Shown here piece after piece: positions 29,933-42,128 of a DNA stretch of 64,000 nucleotides. Both the position numbers and the translations under genes were made by a program. The first letter of the stretch is position 1, and each line of letters begins with the position of its first letter. Source of the stretch: an uncultured Acidobacteriaceae bacterium (lineage in GTDB: Bacteria > Acidobacteriota > Terriglobia > Terriglobales > Acidobacteriaceae); NCBI GenBank assembly GCA_963848325.1, contig CAWKDJ010000010.1, forward strand, positions 24,689 through 88,688, written 5' to 3'. The notes under the pieces are model-generated. The model had not been told where the DNA came from and ran no database searches. It saw only the letters and a list, made by a program, of their open reading frames with translations.

Positions 29933-31114
29933 ATTTGCCTGTTTCGACGTTGCGCGAGATCGCCATCGCGCTGCCAGACTCTGTGTCGCTCCACAAAGCG
30001 GTAATGGGGCCAAGAAATTCCACGGCGGCACTGACCGGGACTGGATCGCGATCCGGAATTTCGAAAGCCTTCACATTATCGGCGGGACCAGCTTCGTTCG
30101 ATGTGACCAGAAGTTGCCAGCCGGCGCCGCAACCGCTTCGCAAGCTGGCAACGTTGCTGCCCCAGCCCAACGGAGTAAAAGCGCGGTTTGAAACACCATC
30201 CAGCAGGTGCACTTGACCATCGACGGAGGCGAAAGCCCACAGCGTATATTTTTCTCGCGGCATCGAAGCTGCAGAATAAAACGCCGGCGCGATAGTTTGT
30301 TTTTGGATTCCCGGCGAAAGTGCTCCGGTAAAGAAATTTCTGGTTGACGAGAAAAAGGCATTGAGCCCGTCGGCGTCTCCCGTCAGTGGCCAGGGATCGT
30401 CCGAATCGTTGCAGCTCACACTCAACGGTACAGCGGCACCGCTGCGGCAATACACTCCGGGCAAATAGGCGTCAAACAGATGGTCTTTGCGAAGCAACAA
30501 TCGACCGCGCAGATCGCGTGGCCAAGGTCGAACGTGGACCAGCGGCAGCACTTGCTCGAGTTGCCAATGATCGTTTTGCAGGCGGTTGAGAATAATCTGC
30601 TCCGGTTCAAGCACGATCATGGTCGGCGGATTGCTATTGACCACCGCCAAATCGAGGATGCGATTTTCATCGCTCCACAACAGCGCCTTGTGAATGGAGA
30701 GCGGAGTGGAAGAACGCAAAGGCGCAGGCCCGCCCGCTCCCGGCAGAGAAACCATCGCGATTTTGATTTCGTTAGTTCCCTGATCGGCATCTCGGCGACC
30801 CATAGATAGTTCCGCAGATTTTCGGAAAGCGTGATCTGCACGGTTGCGACGGCTTGATCCGAGGTCGCAGGCTGTATACCGAGGGCGTTGAGTTCAGTCA
30901 GCAGCCGTCGGCGAATGTCCTCTACTTCAGACGACTTCAGAGAAGAACGATTGACGACCGTGACCGAAACCGCGCCCGGGCCGGTGATAGAAGAAATCTT
31001 CCGCGCCAACTCATCGCTCGGCGCTTGCCAATCTCTCGCTCGGGAGACGCTCGCGAACAGCAACACCAACATTACGCACGAAGCCGCTCGCCGGACCCCA
31101 ACTGAAATTCGCAT
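29895..31114 (-). CDS. secreted hypothetical protein, frameshift near 30775
   Basis: Signal peptide 'MRISVGVRRAASCVMLVLLFASVS'. Continues in a second frame with no stop in between. Confidence 0.45.
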
Positions 31115-31261
31115 CGCGGGAATGCGCGCATTATAAACCGGATTGGGGCGGCCGCTGCTCACGGATTCGGTTCTCCCTGTCGGACTCTGCCAACCGTTCT
31201 CAGGTTGAGCTGTGGCGCGGACAAGAGTTGAACCTAGGTTCGCGCCACAGCCCCTGACTCG

Positions 31262-32740
31262 CTACTTGGCTTCGTTGTCTTCCGCCTGACTGCCGTGGTT
31301 GGCCATGCTCATGCTTCGCAGAACGTCATTGGCGAAGAAAAACTTTCCATCTGACGGCACCATCATGATCTGCAGCTTGTCAGACAGCCGCTCGGCGACA
31401 ATTTTGTTGATCAGCAGCGGATTCTGTTTCAGAATCACGCCTTCTTTCTCCATGCGTTCGGCATCGGCGGATGCAGTCACGCGGATGCGTTCGGCTTCAG
31501 CTGTCGCCAGCAGTTTGCGCCGCTCGGTCTCAGCCTTGCTGTCGATGACTTTGGCTTCCGCCTCTGCTTCGGCATTTTTCACTGTCGCTTCCTTACGCGC
31601 TTCGGCCTCGAGTTTCGATTGCTCAATCTGCTTCTGCTTCAGCGGCAGGGTGTATTGCATGGCGTCGGCTTCGGCTTTCGCCTGAAGCACCCGCACCTGT
31701 GCCTGGCCTTCCGCTGCTTTCACTTGCTGCGCTTTGGTGGCTTCCGCTTCCAGTTCTGAAATTCTCACCTGCTTGGCCTGGATTTCGGTCTGCACTCCCA
31801 TTTGATCGTTCTCCTGCTCCTTCAGCAGCAGCTTTTCCAGCCCCTTGGCGTACTCCGGCGGGAGCTGGATGTCACGAAGCATGACTTCCTTCACCAGGAT
31901 GCCATCGGCCGCGAGTCGCCTGCTAATTTCGTCCGACGCACGCTGGCGGGCCTCTTCCCGCTTGCTGGCAAACACCTCACGCACCGTGTAATTGGGAACA
32001 AGTTCGCGCCAGGAACTGGCCACGACGGCGGGCACGATTTCCTTTTCCACCGGCAGCGGCAAATTGCTCTGAATATGGTCGAGCCGCCTGGGATCAAGCC
32101 GGTAGCGCACAGTGATCGCCAGTCCCAGAGTGAGCCCCTCTTTGGCCTGCACGTTCAGCGGCTCGAATTTCTTCGCCGCTCCAGTGTTGCCGTCTTCAGT
32201 GGCGCCGGTAGTGAAGAGCTGATCGCGCGTGTCGAAGAGGGAGACATTTTCCGCCAGCGGCACTACGAAATGCGCCCCGGGATAAAGCGTTCCGGGAAGG
32301 GTGCCGCTCGTCTGACTGACAGCCACTCCAGCCATTCCGCTCGGCACCACTACAATGCCGAGGGCAAGCAGAATTGGTCCCCATGCGAGCATCGCCAAAG
32401 CTAATGAGATTCGCCAGCGCAACTGCGGCGCGGGCAAGATTGCTTGTCCACCTGCGGCGAGCACTGCTTTGTAGTGCCACTCGCGGCGAAGATCGTAAAT
32501 CAGAATTCCCACAGCGGCGGCCATCATGGCCAAACCGCCAAAGATCAACATGTATTTCAGAAACAGCATACCTGCCTCCTTGCGCCTCAACGTTTTTGTT
32601 CGGTCAGTGACTCGCACTGCTTGCCGCGCGAACAACGGGACGAGCACTTTCCCGAAGATAAGTTCTTCGGTCAGCAAGGCGATAGCGAGCGAAAAGCTCA
32701 TTCCTGCCAGCACAGTGATCAATGTCATCAGAGCTTCCAT
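31262..32740 (-). CDS. SPFH/band-7 (flotillin/prohibitin-like) membrane protein with a long coiled coil
   Basis: SPFH core then an A/E/K-rich heptad region. The start may be internal, at 'MLFLKYML'. Confidence 0.8.
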   Translation of the reverse strand: MEALMTLITVLAGMSFSLAIALLTEELIFGKVLVPLFARQAVRVTDRTKTLRRKEAGMLFLKYMLIFGGLAMMAAAVGILIYDLRREWHYKAVLAAGGQAILPAPQLRWRISLALAMLAWGPILLALGIVVVPSGMAGVAVSQTSGTLPGTLYPGAHFVVPLAENVSLFDTRDQLFTTGATEDGNTGAAKKFEPLNVQAKEGLTLGLAITVRYRLDPRRLDHIQSNLPLPVEKEIVPAVVASSWRELVPNYTVREVFASKREEARQRASDEISRRLAADGILVKEVMLRDIQLPPEYAKGLEKLLLKEQENDQMGVQTEIQAKQVRISELEAEATKAQQVKAAEGQAQVRVLQAKAEADAMQYTLPLKQKQIEQSKLEAEARKEATVKNAEAEAEAKVIDSKAETERRKLLATAEAERIRVTASADAERMEKEGVILKQNPLLINKIVAERLSDKLQIMMVPSDGKFFFANDVLRSMSMANHGSQAEDNEAK

Positions 32741-32995
32741 CGCACTTGCCTCCCGCCGCCGTTCGCCGGCACTTATGCAAATGGCAAGTGGAGGGCCAAA
32801 CGAAAATGATTGAGTAACAGTCGTTTACTGGGTCCGAGCGTCGAAATGAACGTGTCAGGCAAGCCACAACGTGTGCGGTTGGACACATAGAAATGAAAAC
32901 CGTTGGAAATAACTCAAGCCGAATCAGCAGCGCGCTCACGGCGTGCGGCTTGCTTGGAAAGCTTCCAGCTGCGATTGCAGCAGGAGGTGAAAGAC

Positions 32996-33868
32996 ATGAA
33001 AAAACTGAATTGCTTCAACTTTGCAGGAAACAACGGCGGCTTGCGGCTGGGCCACGCTCCCTGGATCGGCGGTATCTCAGGTTTGTTGATCGGATCTTTG
33101 CTCGCCGTGGGCTGCTCTAAACAAAAGAATCCACAACCCACAAGCACGGAAATGCAAGTTCCTACCAATCAAGCGGTGCTCAACCAGCCTGTCGTGCCGG
33201 CTCCGGTAGCAGCGGCCGAACTCACTCCGCCGCTGACTACCAAGAAAGTTGTGCATAAGAAGCCGTCCACCGTCGCATATAAAGATGATAGCTACGGAGT
33301 TTCGTTTCGCTATCCGCGGATCGCCGCTTTGAAAAAGGGCGGCACCAACGATGACGACTCCACTGACTTCGCCCAACCCGGTGGAGTGACCACCGTCTCG
33401 GTCGAACTGCCGAAAGGCTTGTACCCCAATAGCGACCTGACGTCGGCGTTCTTCCGCGTGAATGTCAACCATGAACTGACGGAAGCCGACTGCGCTCAAT
33501 TTGCTTTGCCTCAGGTGGTAGCTTCTGAAAAAGCGGCAGTTCAGCCTTCGAAAATGGAGATGGGAACACTGGAATTGCAAGAGATTGAGGACATCTCCGG
33601 CGAAGACGCGAAGCAGACGGACACCAAGTATTACCACCTCTACCAGAACAAGTCGTGTTACGAATTCGCTCTCGGAATGTCCACGGAAAGTCCTGGCGAT
33701 GACGAAACAATCCGGCCGGTGAGCCGTGAAAAGGTCTTCCGGCGACTGGAAACGATTCTGGCGACGGTGAAAATCAAGCCGCAAACTGCGACAAAAGTTG
33801 CATCAACCGATGTAACCGCAGCGCCAGCGCAAACCGTTCCAGCTGTAGCCGACGGCGCAAACAAGTAA
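32996..33868 (+). CDS. membrane-anchored/lipoprotein-like hypothetical protein
   Basis: 'MKKLNCFNFAG...LLIGSLLAVGCSKQ' lipobox-like N-terminus. Confidence 0.5.
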   Translation: MKKLNCFNFAGNNGGLRLGHAPWIGGISGLLIGSLLAVGCSKQKNPQPTSTEMQVPTNQAVLNQPVVPAPVAAAELTPPLTTKKVVHKKPSTVAYKDDSYGVSFRYPRIAALKKGGTNDDDSTDFAQPGGVTTVSVELPKGLYPNSDLTSAFFRVNVNHELTEADCAQFALPQVVASEKAAVQPSKMEMGTLELQEIEDISGEDAKQTDTKYYHLYQNKSCYEFALGMSTESPGDDETIRPVSREKVFRRLETILATVKIKPQTATKVASTDVTAAPAQTVPAVADGANK

Positions 33869-33919
33869 GCACCGATCAAAATCAGGGCCGCGTGTTAAGC
33901 GCGGCCCGTTTTGCATTCG

Positions 33920-36100
33920 TTACTTGAACGTCAATGCCAGCGCCTCCCGGGCGACCTCTTGGGGATTCCGCCGAATCGCCGCTGCCTGCGGCCCGATTTC
34001 TTTCTCCATTTCCTTGATCTGGCGGGTCACGGGATGCCCGTCGCTCGACCCAGAAGGCATCGAACCCTCAGCCTTGAGCAGACTCGCATACACGAACTTC
34101 GGCGCGAAATGAGCGGCACGCAGGAACGAGGCGAACAGATACCAGTCGACAGTTTCGCTGTGCCGGCCCTTGAGTCCGGCATCCAGGCGTAATGCCGTTT
34201 GATACAGCCGCAACGCGTTTGCTGCATGACCCTCTTGGGCCTCGAGCCCTGCCTGCGCGACTGCCGCGAAACTCTGCAACTTGTCTTCCTGGGTTCGCTC
34301 TGCCAGAGTGCCCGCCATGACGTAGTATCGCAGCGCTTGATCCGGATGTTTGGCACGGCGGTCGCAATCGGCCAGCTTCAAAATCACCGTGATCAGTCCC
34401 GCCGCCGGCGGCCGTTCGGAGACCGGTTGCTGCGCCACTTTGGTCAGAAAGGCCTGATAGTGCGTGATCGCGCCTTCGAGGTTCCGTCGCTGATCCAGTG
34501 CTGCGGCCAGGTAAAGGTCGGCAACCACCTGGGATGGATCAAGCTGCAAAGCTTTTTCCCAATTTTGCTCGGCTTCGTCAGGGTGACCGAATTGCTGCGC
34601 CAGCAGGCCATGATTGATCAATAACGTCGCATCTTTCGGCGAGAGTTTAAGCCAGTTGCCGGTGAGTTCATAAGCCTGGTCCAGTTTTTTCTGTTCTGTG
34701 AGATACAAAAGAAAAGCCTCACGCGGCGCTGGATCGGCAGGGTTTGCGCGGATCGCATATTCCCAGGCGGTGACTGAATCTTCGGGTTTCCCCTCCTGCA
34801 ACGCTTCGCGGGCCAGGCGCGTCTGCAATGGCGTGTCGTAGGGGACGAGGGAAGCGGCGCGCTGCAGAGCCGTAAGATCGGTTTGGTGCAGCGCGAAATA
34901 GTAATGCACCTGGTCAACTCCAGCCCACACCAGCAAGGCAATCGCTGCCGAGCCGCGCAAGATCCTCGCAGCCCGGTTTCGTCCTGCCATCCAAAACAGG
35001 ATTTCGGCCGCACGATTTCGCGCCCGGACCGTCTCGCGCTCGATTCGTGTCCTGGAGTTCACTAGCAGCCCGGCGATTCTTCCATCGCGCAACTTCCAGA
35101 TCGCCCCGTCCAGAATGAAGTGATGGATGTTTACCAGGGCGGTGAAAATCAGGAAGCTGCGCGTGAAATCGAAGTGGAATACCACGCTCGAGAGCCAGGG
35201 GCCGGGAACAAATAGCGCGATGCCACCCGCTATAAGAAGACCGAAATACGCGAACGGCCGCCACGTTTTCGAGCTAGACATGGCTTCGCGTTTCGCGTAA
35301 TAACTCGTGACCCATAAATATTGTGCCGAGTGCATCACTGCCAGAACACCGGTGCTATAGCGGCTTTGTGGGACCCGGAACCGCTCCACGAGCGAAAGCA
35401 AGGTCGGCAACAAAAACCAAACGCATTGCGTCGAAAACAGCGTGAGCGAGGGAACTAACTGCCGAACCCGGGCACCAGAAACCAGCCGCCACAAACCAAA
35501 GCCGGAACAAACCACGAACCCAATAGCAAGAATGATCTGCGCCCACGCACTAAAGGCCGGTGGAATGTCCAATGAAATGAACAGAGGATCGGTGGATGGC
35601 CCGGTGTGGAAGTTGAGAAATAGAATTGCATAGGAAATGAGAAATGCGGCATAGATCGCACGCTGCTCGACTTTCGACGGCTGAATTCCCGCCCGGCGCG
35701 CAAACATCATAAAGAGCCCGTAATTTTGTCCGCTGTAGTGCCAGGGGCTGGCGGTCAGGTATAAGGTGAAGATCCACGGCAGCGACTGCACCCACAGATG
35801 CGATAACACCACCGTCAGTGCGACCAGCAACGTGATGTGGACCGTAAAAATCCGGTATTTCTGAAAATCCTCCTCCCGGTGATAGGCGCGGTGGAGGGTC
35901 GCCATGTAATGCGGATAATTAAAGAAGAGCGCGAGAAAATAAAAGACCGTCGACCACGTCAGCGTGCTGGCCGCAGTGGACACATAAGCCAGCCCCATCA
36001 GCGGGAGTGACCAGGCCCCGCAGCCTACAATCAAGTCGAGCCACGGACGATAGATCCAGATCGACCCATTAACGCTCGGATTATGTTTTGTTGAGGACAA
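33920..36100 (-). CDS. polytopic membrane protein with C-terminal TPR repeats
   Basis: About 400 aa of multi-TM region followed by about 300 aa of TPR-like helices. Confidence 0.75.
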   Translation of the reverse strand: MSSTKHNPSVNGSIWIYRPWLDLIVGCGAWSLPLMGLAYVSTAASTLTWSTVFYFLALFFNYPHYMATLHRAYHREEDFQKYRIFTVHITLLVALTVVLSHLWVQSLPWIFTLYLTASPWHYSGQNYGLFMMFARRAGIQPSKVEQRAIYAAFLISYAILFLNFHTGPSTDPLFISLDIPPAFSAWAQIILAIGFVVCSGFGLWRLVSGARVRQLVPSLTLFSTQCVWFLLPTLLSLVERFRVPQSRYSTGVLAVMHSAQYLWVTSYYAKREAMSSSKTWRPFAYFGLLIAGGIALFVPGPWLSSVVFHFDFTRSFLIFTALVNIHHFILDGAIWKLRDGRIAGLLVNSRTRIERETVRARNRAAEILFWMAGRNRAARILRGSAAIALLVWAGVDQVHYYFALHQTDLTALQRAASLVPYDTPLQTRLAREALQEGKPEDSVTAWEYAIRANPADPAPREAFLLYLTEQKKLDQAYELTGNWLKLSPKDATLLINHGLLAQQFGHPDEAEQNWEKALQLDPSQVVADLYLAAALDQRRNLEGAITHYQAFLTKVAQQPVSERPPAAGLITVILKLADCDRRAKHPDQALRYYVMAGTLAERTQEDKLQSFAAVAQAGLEAQEGHAANALRLYQTALRLDAGLKGRHSETVDWYLFASFLRAAHFAPKFVYASLLKAEGSMPSGSSDGHPVTRQIKEMEKEIGPQAAAIRRNPQEVAREALALTFK

Positions 36101-36382
36101 CGGCGAATCCCCTCACAACTTGGACCGATGGGAAGATTGTAGGTGCCCGCCAACACTGCTTCGATATGCCGGAAGTAACCTGAAACCCACTGGACAATCG
36201 TGGTGCGAGGCCATCGTCCGGAACTGGATCAGAGGAGCGGACAATTTTACAATTCCCTGCCCCGCAGCTTTCTTCTACTTGCTAGAATGGTGGGTTTGCC
36301 ACACTGCCATCAAGTAATCTGTCGCTTCCGGCACTCGTAAAGGAATTTGGTCGGTAATTTCTGTTCTCAAGGAGAACCGTTA

Positions 36383-39300
36383 ATGTCATCCGTCCGCAAT
36401 TGTGTTGCGTTCGTCCTCTTCTTCTGCGCCACCCTGACTTTCTCGCAGCAACTACAGGAAGGCCGGCTCATGCGCTTTCCTGACATCCGTGGCGACAAAA
36501 TCGCTTTTGTTTATGGCGGAGATATTTGGCTGGCTTCGGCCCAGGGCGGCGCAGCGCGCCGCATCACTACCGCTCCCGGCCGCGAGTTGTTTCCCAAGTT
36601 CTCGCCTGACGGCAAGTGGCTCGCCTTTACCGGACAGTACGACGGCAACTTCAATGTTTATGTCATGCCTTCCGATGGCGGCGGCCAGCCGCGCCAGCTC
36701 ACCTTTTGGCAGGGTGCCGAAAATCAGCTCAACGACCGCATGGGCATCCACAACCAAGTGATCACATGGACGCCGGACAGCAAACGTATCCTCTTTATAT
36801 CTCGCCGCGACGCCTCGAACGGCTGGATCAAGCGCCAATTTACCGTCTCGGTCGACGGCGGCTTGCCCGAGCCTTTGCCTCTCGACCAGGGCGGGCTGAC
36901 CTCGTTCAACGCCGACGGCACCAAAATCGCCTACAACCGCATCTTCCGCAACTTCCGTACCTGGAAGCGCTACACCGGCGGCCTGGCGCAGGACATTTAC
37001 ATCTACGACATCAAGAACAATATTTTCGAGCAGCAGATTCCGCACACCGACTACACCGATACCTTTCCCATGTGGCACGGCAACACCATCTACTTCACTT
37101 CCGATCGCGGCCCCGAACATCGCCTCAATATTTATTCCTACGACCTCGGTTCGAAGCAGATCGATCAACTCACCCACTACACCGACTTCGACGTGATGTG
37201 GCCGAGCCTGGGCGATTCTTCCATCATTTTTGAAAATGGCGGATATCTCTACGTGATGGATTTGTCCTCCCATCAAGCGACCAAACTCTCTATCACCTTG
37301 CCTGGCGAGCAGGACGCAGCCATGAAGCACTGGGCCAGCGTGAGCAAGCTCATCACTGATTTCGATATTTCGCCCGACGGCAAGCGCGCCGTCTTTGCCG
37401 CTCGCGGCAACGTCTACACCGTTCCTGCCAAAGATGGCCCGACCCGTAACCTCACGCACTCTCCGGGCAGCCGTGAGCAGAAAGTTGCCTGGTCGCCGGA
37501 TGGGCGCTGGATCGCCTACGTTTCCGACCGCACCGGCGAAGATGAGATTTACATCACGCCACAAGATGGCATGGGGAACATCGACCTGGGCAAAGCGCCC
37601 GAGGCCAAGGATAAAGACAAAGAGAAGGACAAGGATAAGGATAAAGATAAAGCAGCCGCCGACAACCAGCGCGGCAAGGACAAAGAACAGCAGATCACCA
37701 GCGGCTACAAGGGATTCAAGTTCGGCCCGCAGTGGTCACTACGACAGCAAGAAAATCGCATGGGCCGATAAGGACCTCAAACTCTGGTACATCGATATCG
37801 ACGACAAGAAGCCGGTTGAGGTCGATCGCGGCAAATATGCCGAAATCACGAATTATTCCTGGTCGCCCGACAATAAGTGGATCTGCTACGACAAGCAATT
37901 GCAAAGCGGCATCAGCGTCGTCTATCTATATTCGCTGTCTGACAAGAAAATCACCGCCGTTACCAGCGAACTCGCCAACAGCTACGGATCGCTCTTCGAT
38001 CCTGAAGGCAACTATCTTTATTTCCTCTCCGATCGCGACTTCAACGAAGTTCTCGGCAACATCGATTTTGAATTCGCCAATCCGAAAACCACGCGACCTT
38101 ATCTCGTGACCCTGAAGGCCGAGACGCCGTCCCCGTTCCCCGCGCTGAGCGACGAAGCCGCTGTCAAACGCGAAGCGCCCGCGCCGGAAGCCTCGGAGTC
38201 GGACAAGTCGAAGAAAGACGACGACAAGAAGAAGTCCGACGACAAGAAAAAGGAAGAAGCAAAGCCGGACGAGAAGAAAGAAGCCGCCGAACGTCGCGAA
38301 GAACTTTCGCATCGATCTCGACGGCTTGCAAAATCGCATCGTGGGATTGCCCGTGCCTCCCGCGAGCATTGTGAGCATTCTGCCCGCGAAAGGCTTTCTC
38401 TACTATCTGACCCAGCCGGTTCAAGGCCTTTCCGGCCCAATTCCCGGCGAAGAACCTGCGCTTCATTCCTACGATTTCAAGGAGCGCAAAGAGAAAACGG
38501 TGATCGAAGGCGTCGATCACTTCGCCATCTCCTTCGACGGCAGCAAGATTCTCTATCAGGCAAAGGGCCCGGTCTTCGGCATCATCGACGCCAAGGGCGA
38601 CGCCCCGAAGAAGCCGGGCGATGGCGCGTTGAACCTCGGCAATCTGCGCGCTGAAATCGATCCTCCGGCCGAGTGGAAGCAGATGTTTAACGAGGTCTAT
38701 CGGCAGGAGCGCGACTTCTTCTTTGAAGCCGCCATGAACGGCAACAACTGGGACGCCATTCGCGACAAGTACGCGCCGCTCGTTCCTTACGCCGCCAACC
38801 GCTACGACCTGACTTACATTCTCGGCGAGATGATCGGCGAACTTTCTAACTCGCACACTTATGTTGGTGGAGGCGACCAACCCGATCTCCATCCCGTGAA
38901 CGTAGGCTTGCTTGGCGTGGATTTCGAACTCGACGCCACCAGCGGCCTTTATCGTTTCAAGAAGATTTATCCCGGCCAGAACTGGGACCCGGCGCTGCGT
39001 TCGCCGCTCACCGAGCCGGGCATCAACGTAAAGGAAGGTGACTACCTGCTGGCAGTCAACGGACGGCCGCTGCACGCGCCGCAGGACCCCTACGAACTCT
39101 TCGTCAACACCGCCAATGAGACCACGGCCATCACCGTGAACTCGAAGCCCAGCGACGAAGGCGCTCGCACCGTGCCGGTGAAGCCAGTCTCGGACGAAGG
39201 CGCTCTGCGCGAATACAACATGGTGGAAACCAACCGCAAAAAAGTCGACGCCGCCACCGGAGGCAAGGTCGGTTACATCTACATCCCGGATATGGGCGAC

Positions 39301-39882
39301 GCCGGCCTGAACGCATTCGTCAAACAATTCTTCCCGCAGATTCGCAAGCAAGGCATGATCATCGACGTCCGCTACAACGGCGGAGGCTTCGTCGATCAAC
39401 TGATCTTCGAGCGGCTGCGGCGCATTCTGGTCGGCATGGGTTCGGCGCGAAACTGGGAGAGCAACACCACGCCTCCGATCGTATTCCACGGCTACATGGC
39501 CGCCATCACGAATCAATACGCTGCATCCGATGGTGACATCTTCAGTGAATTTTTCAAGGTCTACAAGCTGGGTCCGCTCATCGGCGAGCGCACATGGGGC
39601 GGAGTTCGCGGCATTCGCGGCGACCTTCCGCTGATGGATGGCGGTTATATCACGCGGCCTGAATTTGCCGAGTACGATCTCAACAGTAAATGGACGGTCG
39701 AGAACCACGGCGTCGCGCCCGATATCGAAGTGGACAATCGTCCCGATGACGTGGTGCGGGGAAAAGACGCGCAACTTGATCGCGCCATTCAGGAAGTGAT
39801 GAAGCAGATCGAGGCGAATCCACCGACGCTGCCGCAGCGGCCTCCGGATCTTCCGGCTTATCCGCCGGGCCCGGCAATGTAA
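36383..39882 (+). CDS. tricorn protease homolog (N-terminal beta-propellers + C-terminal S41 peptidase), two frameshifts (about 37740 and 38250-38295)
   Basis: AAGGAGAA Shine-Dalgarno before ATG 36383. 'WSPDGK' propeller repeats. C-terminal PDZ/S41 'TWGGVRG' region. Three consecutive frames without stops. Confidence 0.8.
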
Positions 39883-40018
39883 GGAGGAGAGAACCACGTA
39901 GACCCGGACGCCCTCGTCCGGGTGGGCGAGCAACGGCTCGCCGGAAATTGGAGCTTCGCTCCGCCAGGCGGACGAGGGCGTCCGCCCCTACGTAATTTCG
40001 GTAGAAAGGATTTACGCC

Positions 40019-40385
40019 ATGAACATGACTCCAACCTTCTCCGGCCGCATGGTCGCTCACAACATGGTCACCACGCAGTTCGAACTCGACGGATTCCGCG
40101 TCGTCCGCACCCTCGGCGTGGTGCGCGGCATTGTAGTTCGCTCGCGATCGATTTTCGGGACCATCGGCGCTGGATTGCAAACTCTGGTCGGCGGCAACAT
40201 CACTCTGCTTTCGAATTTGTGTGAGAAGACGCGCGCGGAAGCTTTCGACCTGATGCTGCAGCACGCCGCCGAACTCGGAGGCAACGCCGTCGTCGGCGCA
40301 CGCTACGACGCAACTGAAATCATGCAGAGCGTGACCGAAGTCCTGGCCTATGGGACCCGCAGTCTTCGTCGAGCCAATCCGATAA
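40019..40385 (+). CDS. YbjQ/UPF0145-family protein, C-terminus restored by removing one C from CCC at 40356-40358
   Basis: '[27 protein letters not shown]', then the +1 frame gives 'AVFVEPIR*', matching the family C-terminus. Confidence 0.6.
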
Positions 40386-40675
40386 TCCGACCCCTTGTCA
40401 TCCCGAGCCAGCCTCTTTTGCGCAGCGAGGAACCTGAGCGAGCCGCGCGAACGGTCACGTTTTCTGTGACCGCTGAACGCGCGCCTGGCTCGCTACCTTA
40501 TTAGTCGCCATTAGTCGCCGTTGTGAGAAGGAAGTCTCTCTTGACACCTTCTGTGACAACGACAATAATCCTCGCACTCGGCCAACTGCATGTTTGTCCC
40601 CCCTTGCAGCCAGCCGGGCCGGATCCCTGTCTCTCGCGTGTTGAGGCCGCGAATATTTCCGCACGGAGGTATTGA

Positions 40676-42091
40676 ATGACGAAGCTAAATGGACTGAGAA
40701 TTATTCCCGCCGTACTCTATCTCTGCCTCGCGACTACGATCACCACGAGCGCCCAAGGCTTCAAAACCCTGGTGAAATTTGACGGGACCGACGGGGGATG
40801 TCCGAATGGGGGCTTAGTGCAGGGCCGCGACGGCAGCCTCTACGGCGCAACTTATTGTAACGGAGCTGACGGCGAGGGCACGGTGTTTAGAATGACCCCT
40901 CGCGGCGTGATAACCACCCTTTATAGCTTCTGTTCCCAGTCCGGGTGCCCTGACGGTTATGGTGCCGCGTGCGGGACTGGCCCTCGGCACCGACGGAATC
41001 TTTTATGGAACGACGACCCAAACCGCGAATGTTGGCACAATCTTCAAGATCAACGTGAGGGGAGAGCTTACGACTATTTATCGATTTTGCTCCGTGAAGA
41101 ATTGCCCCGATGGCTACACTCCCTATGCGGGACTCGTCCAAGGTACAGATGGGAATCTTTACGGGGCAACAGAGTTTGGGGGAGTGCCCGAGGGAGCTTG
41201 CAATTTTGACGCCGGCTGCGGAACGATCTTCAAAATTAGTCCGGCGGGCAAACTGACCACGCTGCACAACTTCGAGGGGGGCGACGGTGCCAACCCTACT
41301 AGCACTCTGATCCTAGCTACTGACGGCCGATTCTACGGCACCGCGGGATCCTACGGAAATCCCCCATATGTGGGGACGGCATTCGCAATTACATCTCAGG
41401 GTGAATTTGCCACACTGCACAACTTTACTTCAGCGGAGGGCTATCCGAATGGGGTGATTCAAGGCAACGACGGCAGCTTCTATGGGAACCACATTCGAGG
41501 GCGGAATTGGCGGGGGTTCGGTGTTCCGGATGACGTTTGAAGGAACAGTGACGACCATCTACAGCTTTTGCGCGCAGGATGATTGTCTCGATGGCAGCCT
41601 TCCCAGCGACCAGCTAGTGCAGGCCACCGATGGGAATTTCTACGGCTCTACGCGCTTTGGGGGCAATTACGACCGTGGAACCATTTTCCAGCTCACGCCC
41701 GCCGGGATTCTTACCACCCTTCACAGCTTTTGTAACCCCCAATCTGGGTGCGGTGATGGTGCTTTACCCGAGGCCGGGTTGTCTCAGTCAACAAATCGGA
41801 CCGTTATACGGGACAACCAGCTACTTCGGTAGTTCGCTTGGAACGATTTTCGGGGTAAATATGGGTCTCGGCCGGTTCGTCTCCTTCGTTATGCCGGTCG
41901 GAGCTGTCGGGCGGTCAAGGTTTAACCGGCACGACCGCGGTGGCGATCAACGGCGTTCCCGCGAACTTCAAAGTCGTTTCCGATACATATCTGACCGCAA
42001 CCGTTCCCCCCGGCGCTACCAGCGGCTACGTCACCGTCACCACGCCCATCGGCGTGCTAACCAGCAACGTGCCGTTCCGGGTGATCAAGTA
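40676..42091 (+). pseudogene. decayed paralog of the secreted beta-propeller-repeat (GloVer-like) + IPT/TIG protein family
   Basis: Intact GGAGG Shine-Dalgarno, ATG and signal peptide. The repeats 'DGxLYGTT..GG..GT[IV]F[KR][IL]T..G.LTTL[YH]SF' are spread over four or five frames (shifts near 40975, 41488, 41795 and 41905). The 41905 lesion includes a ~17-bp deletion relative to the paralogs. Confidence 0.7.
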
Positions 42092-42128
42092 AATTTGCAG
42101 AAATTTTGAAAGATGAAAGAGGCATGCC

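Noticed and set aside
36452-37564. 370-aa minus-strand ORF, and similarly 38164-39933 (589 aa)
   Set aside because: Antisense to the tricorn protease gene. No motifs.
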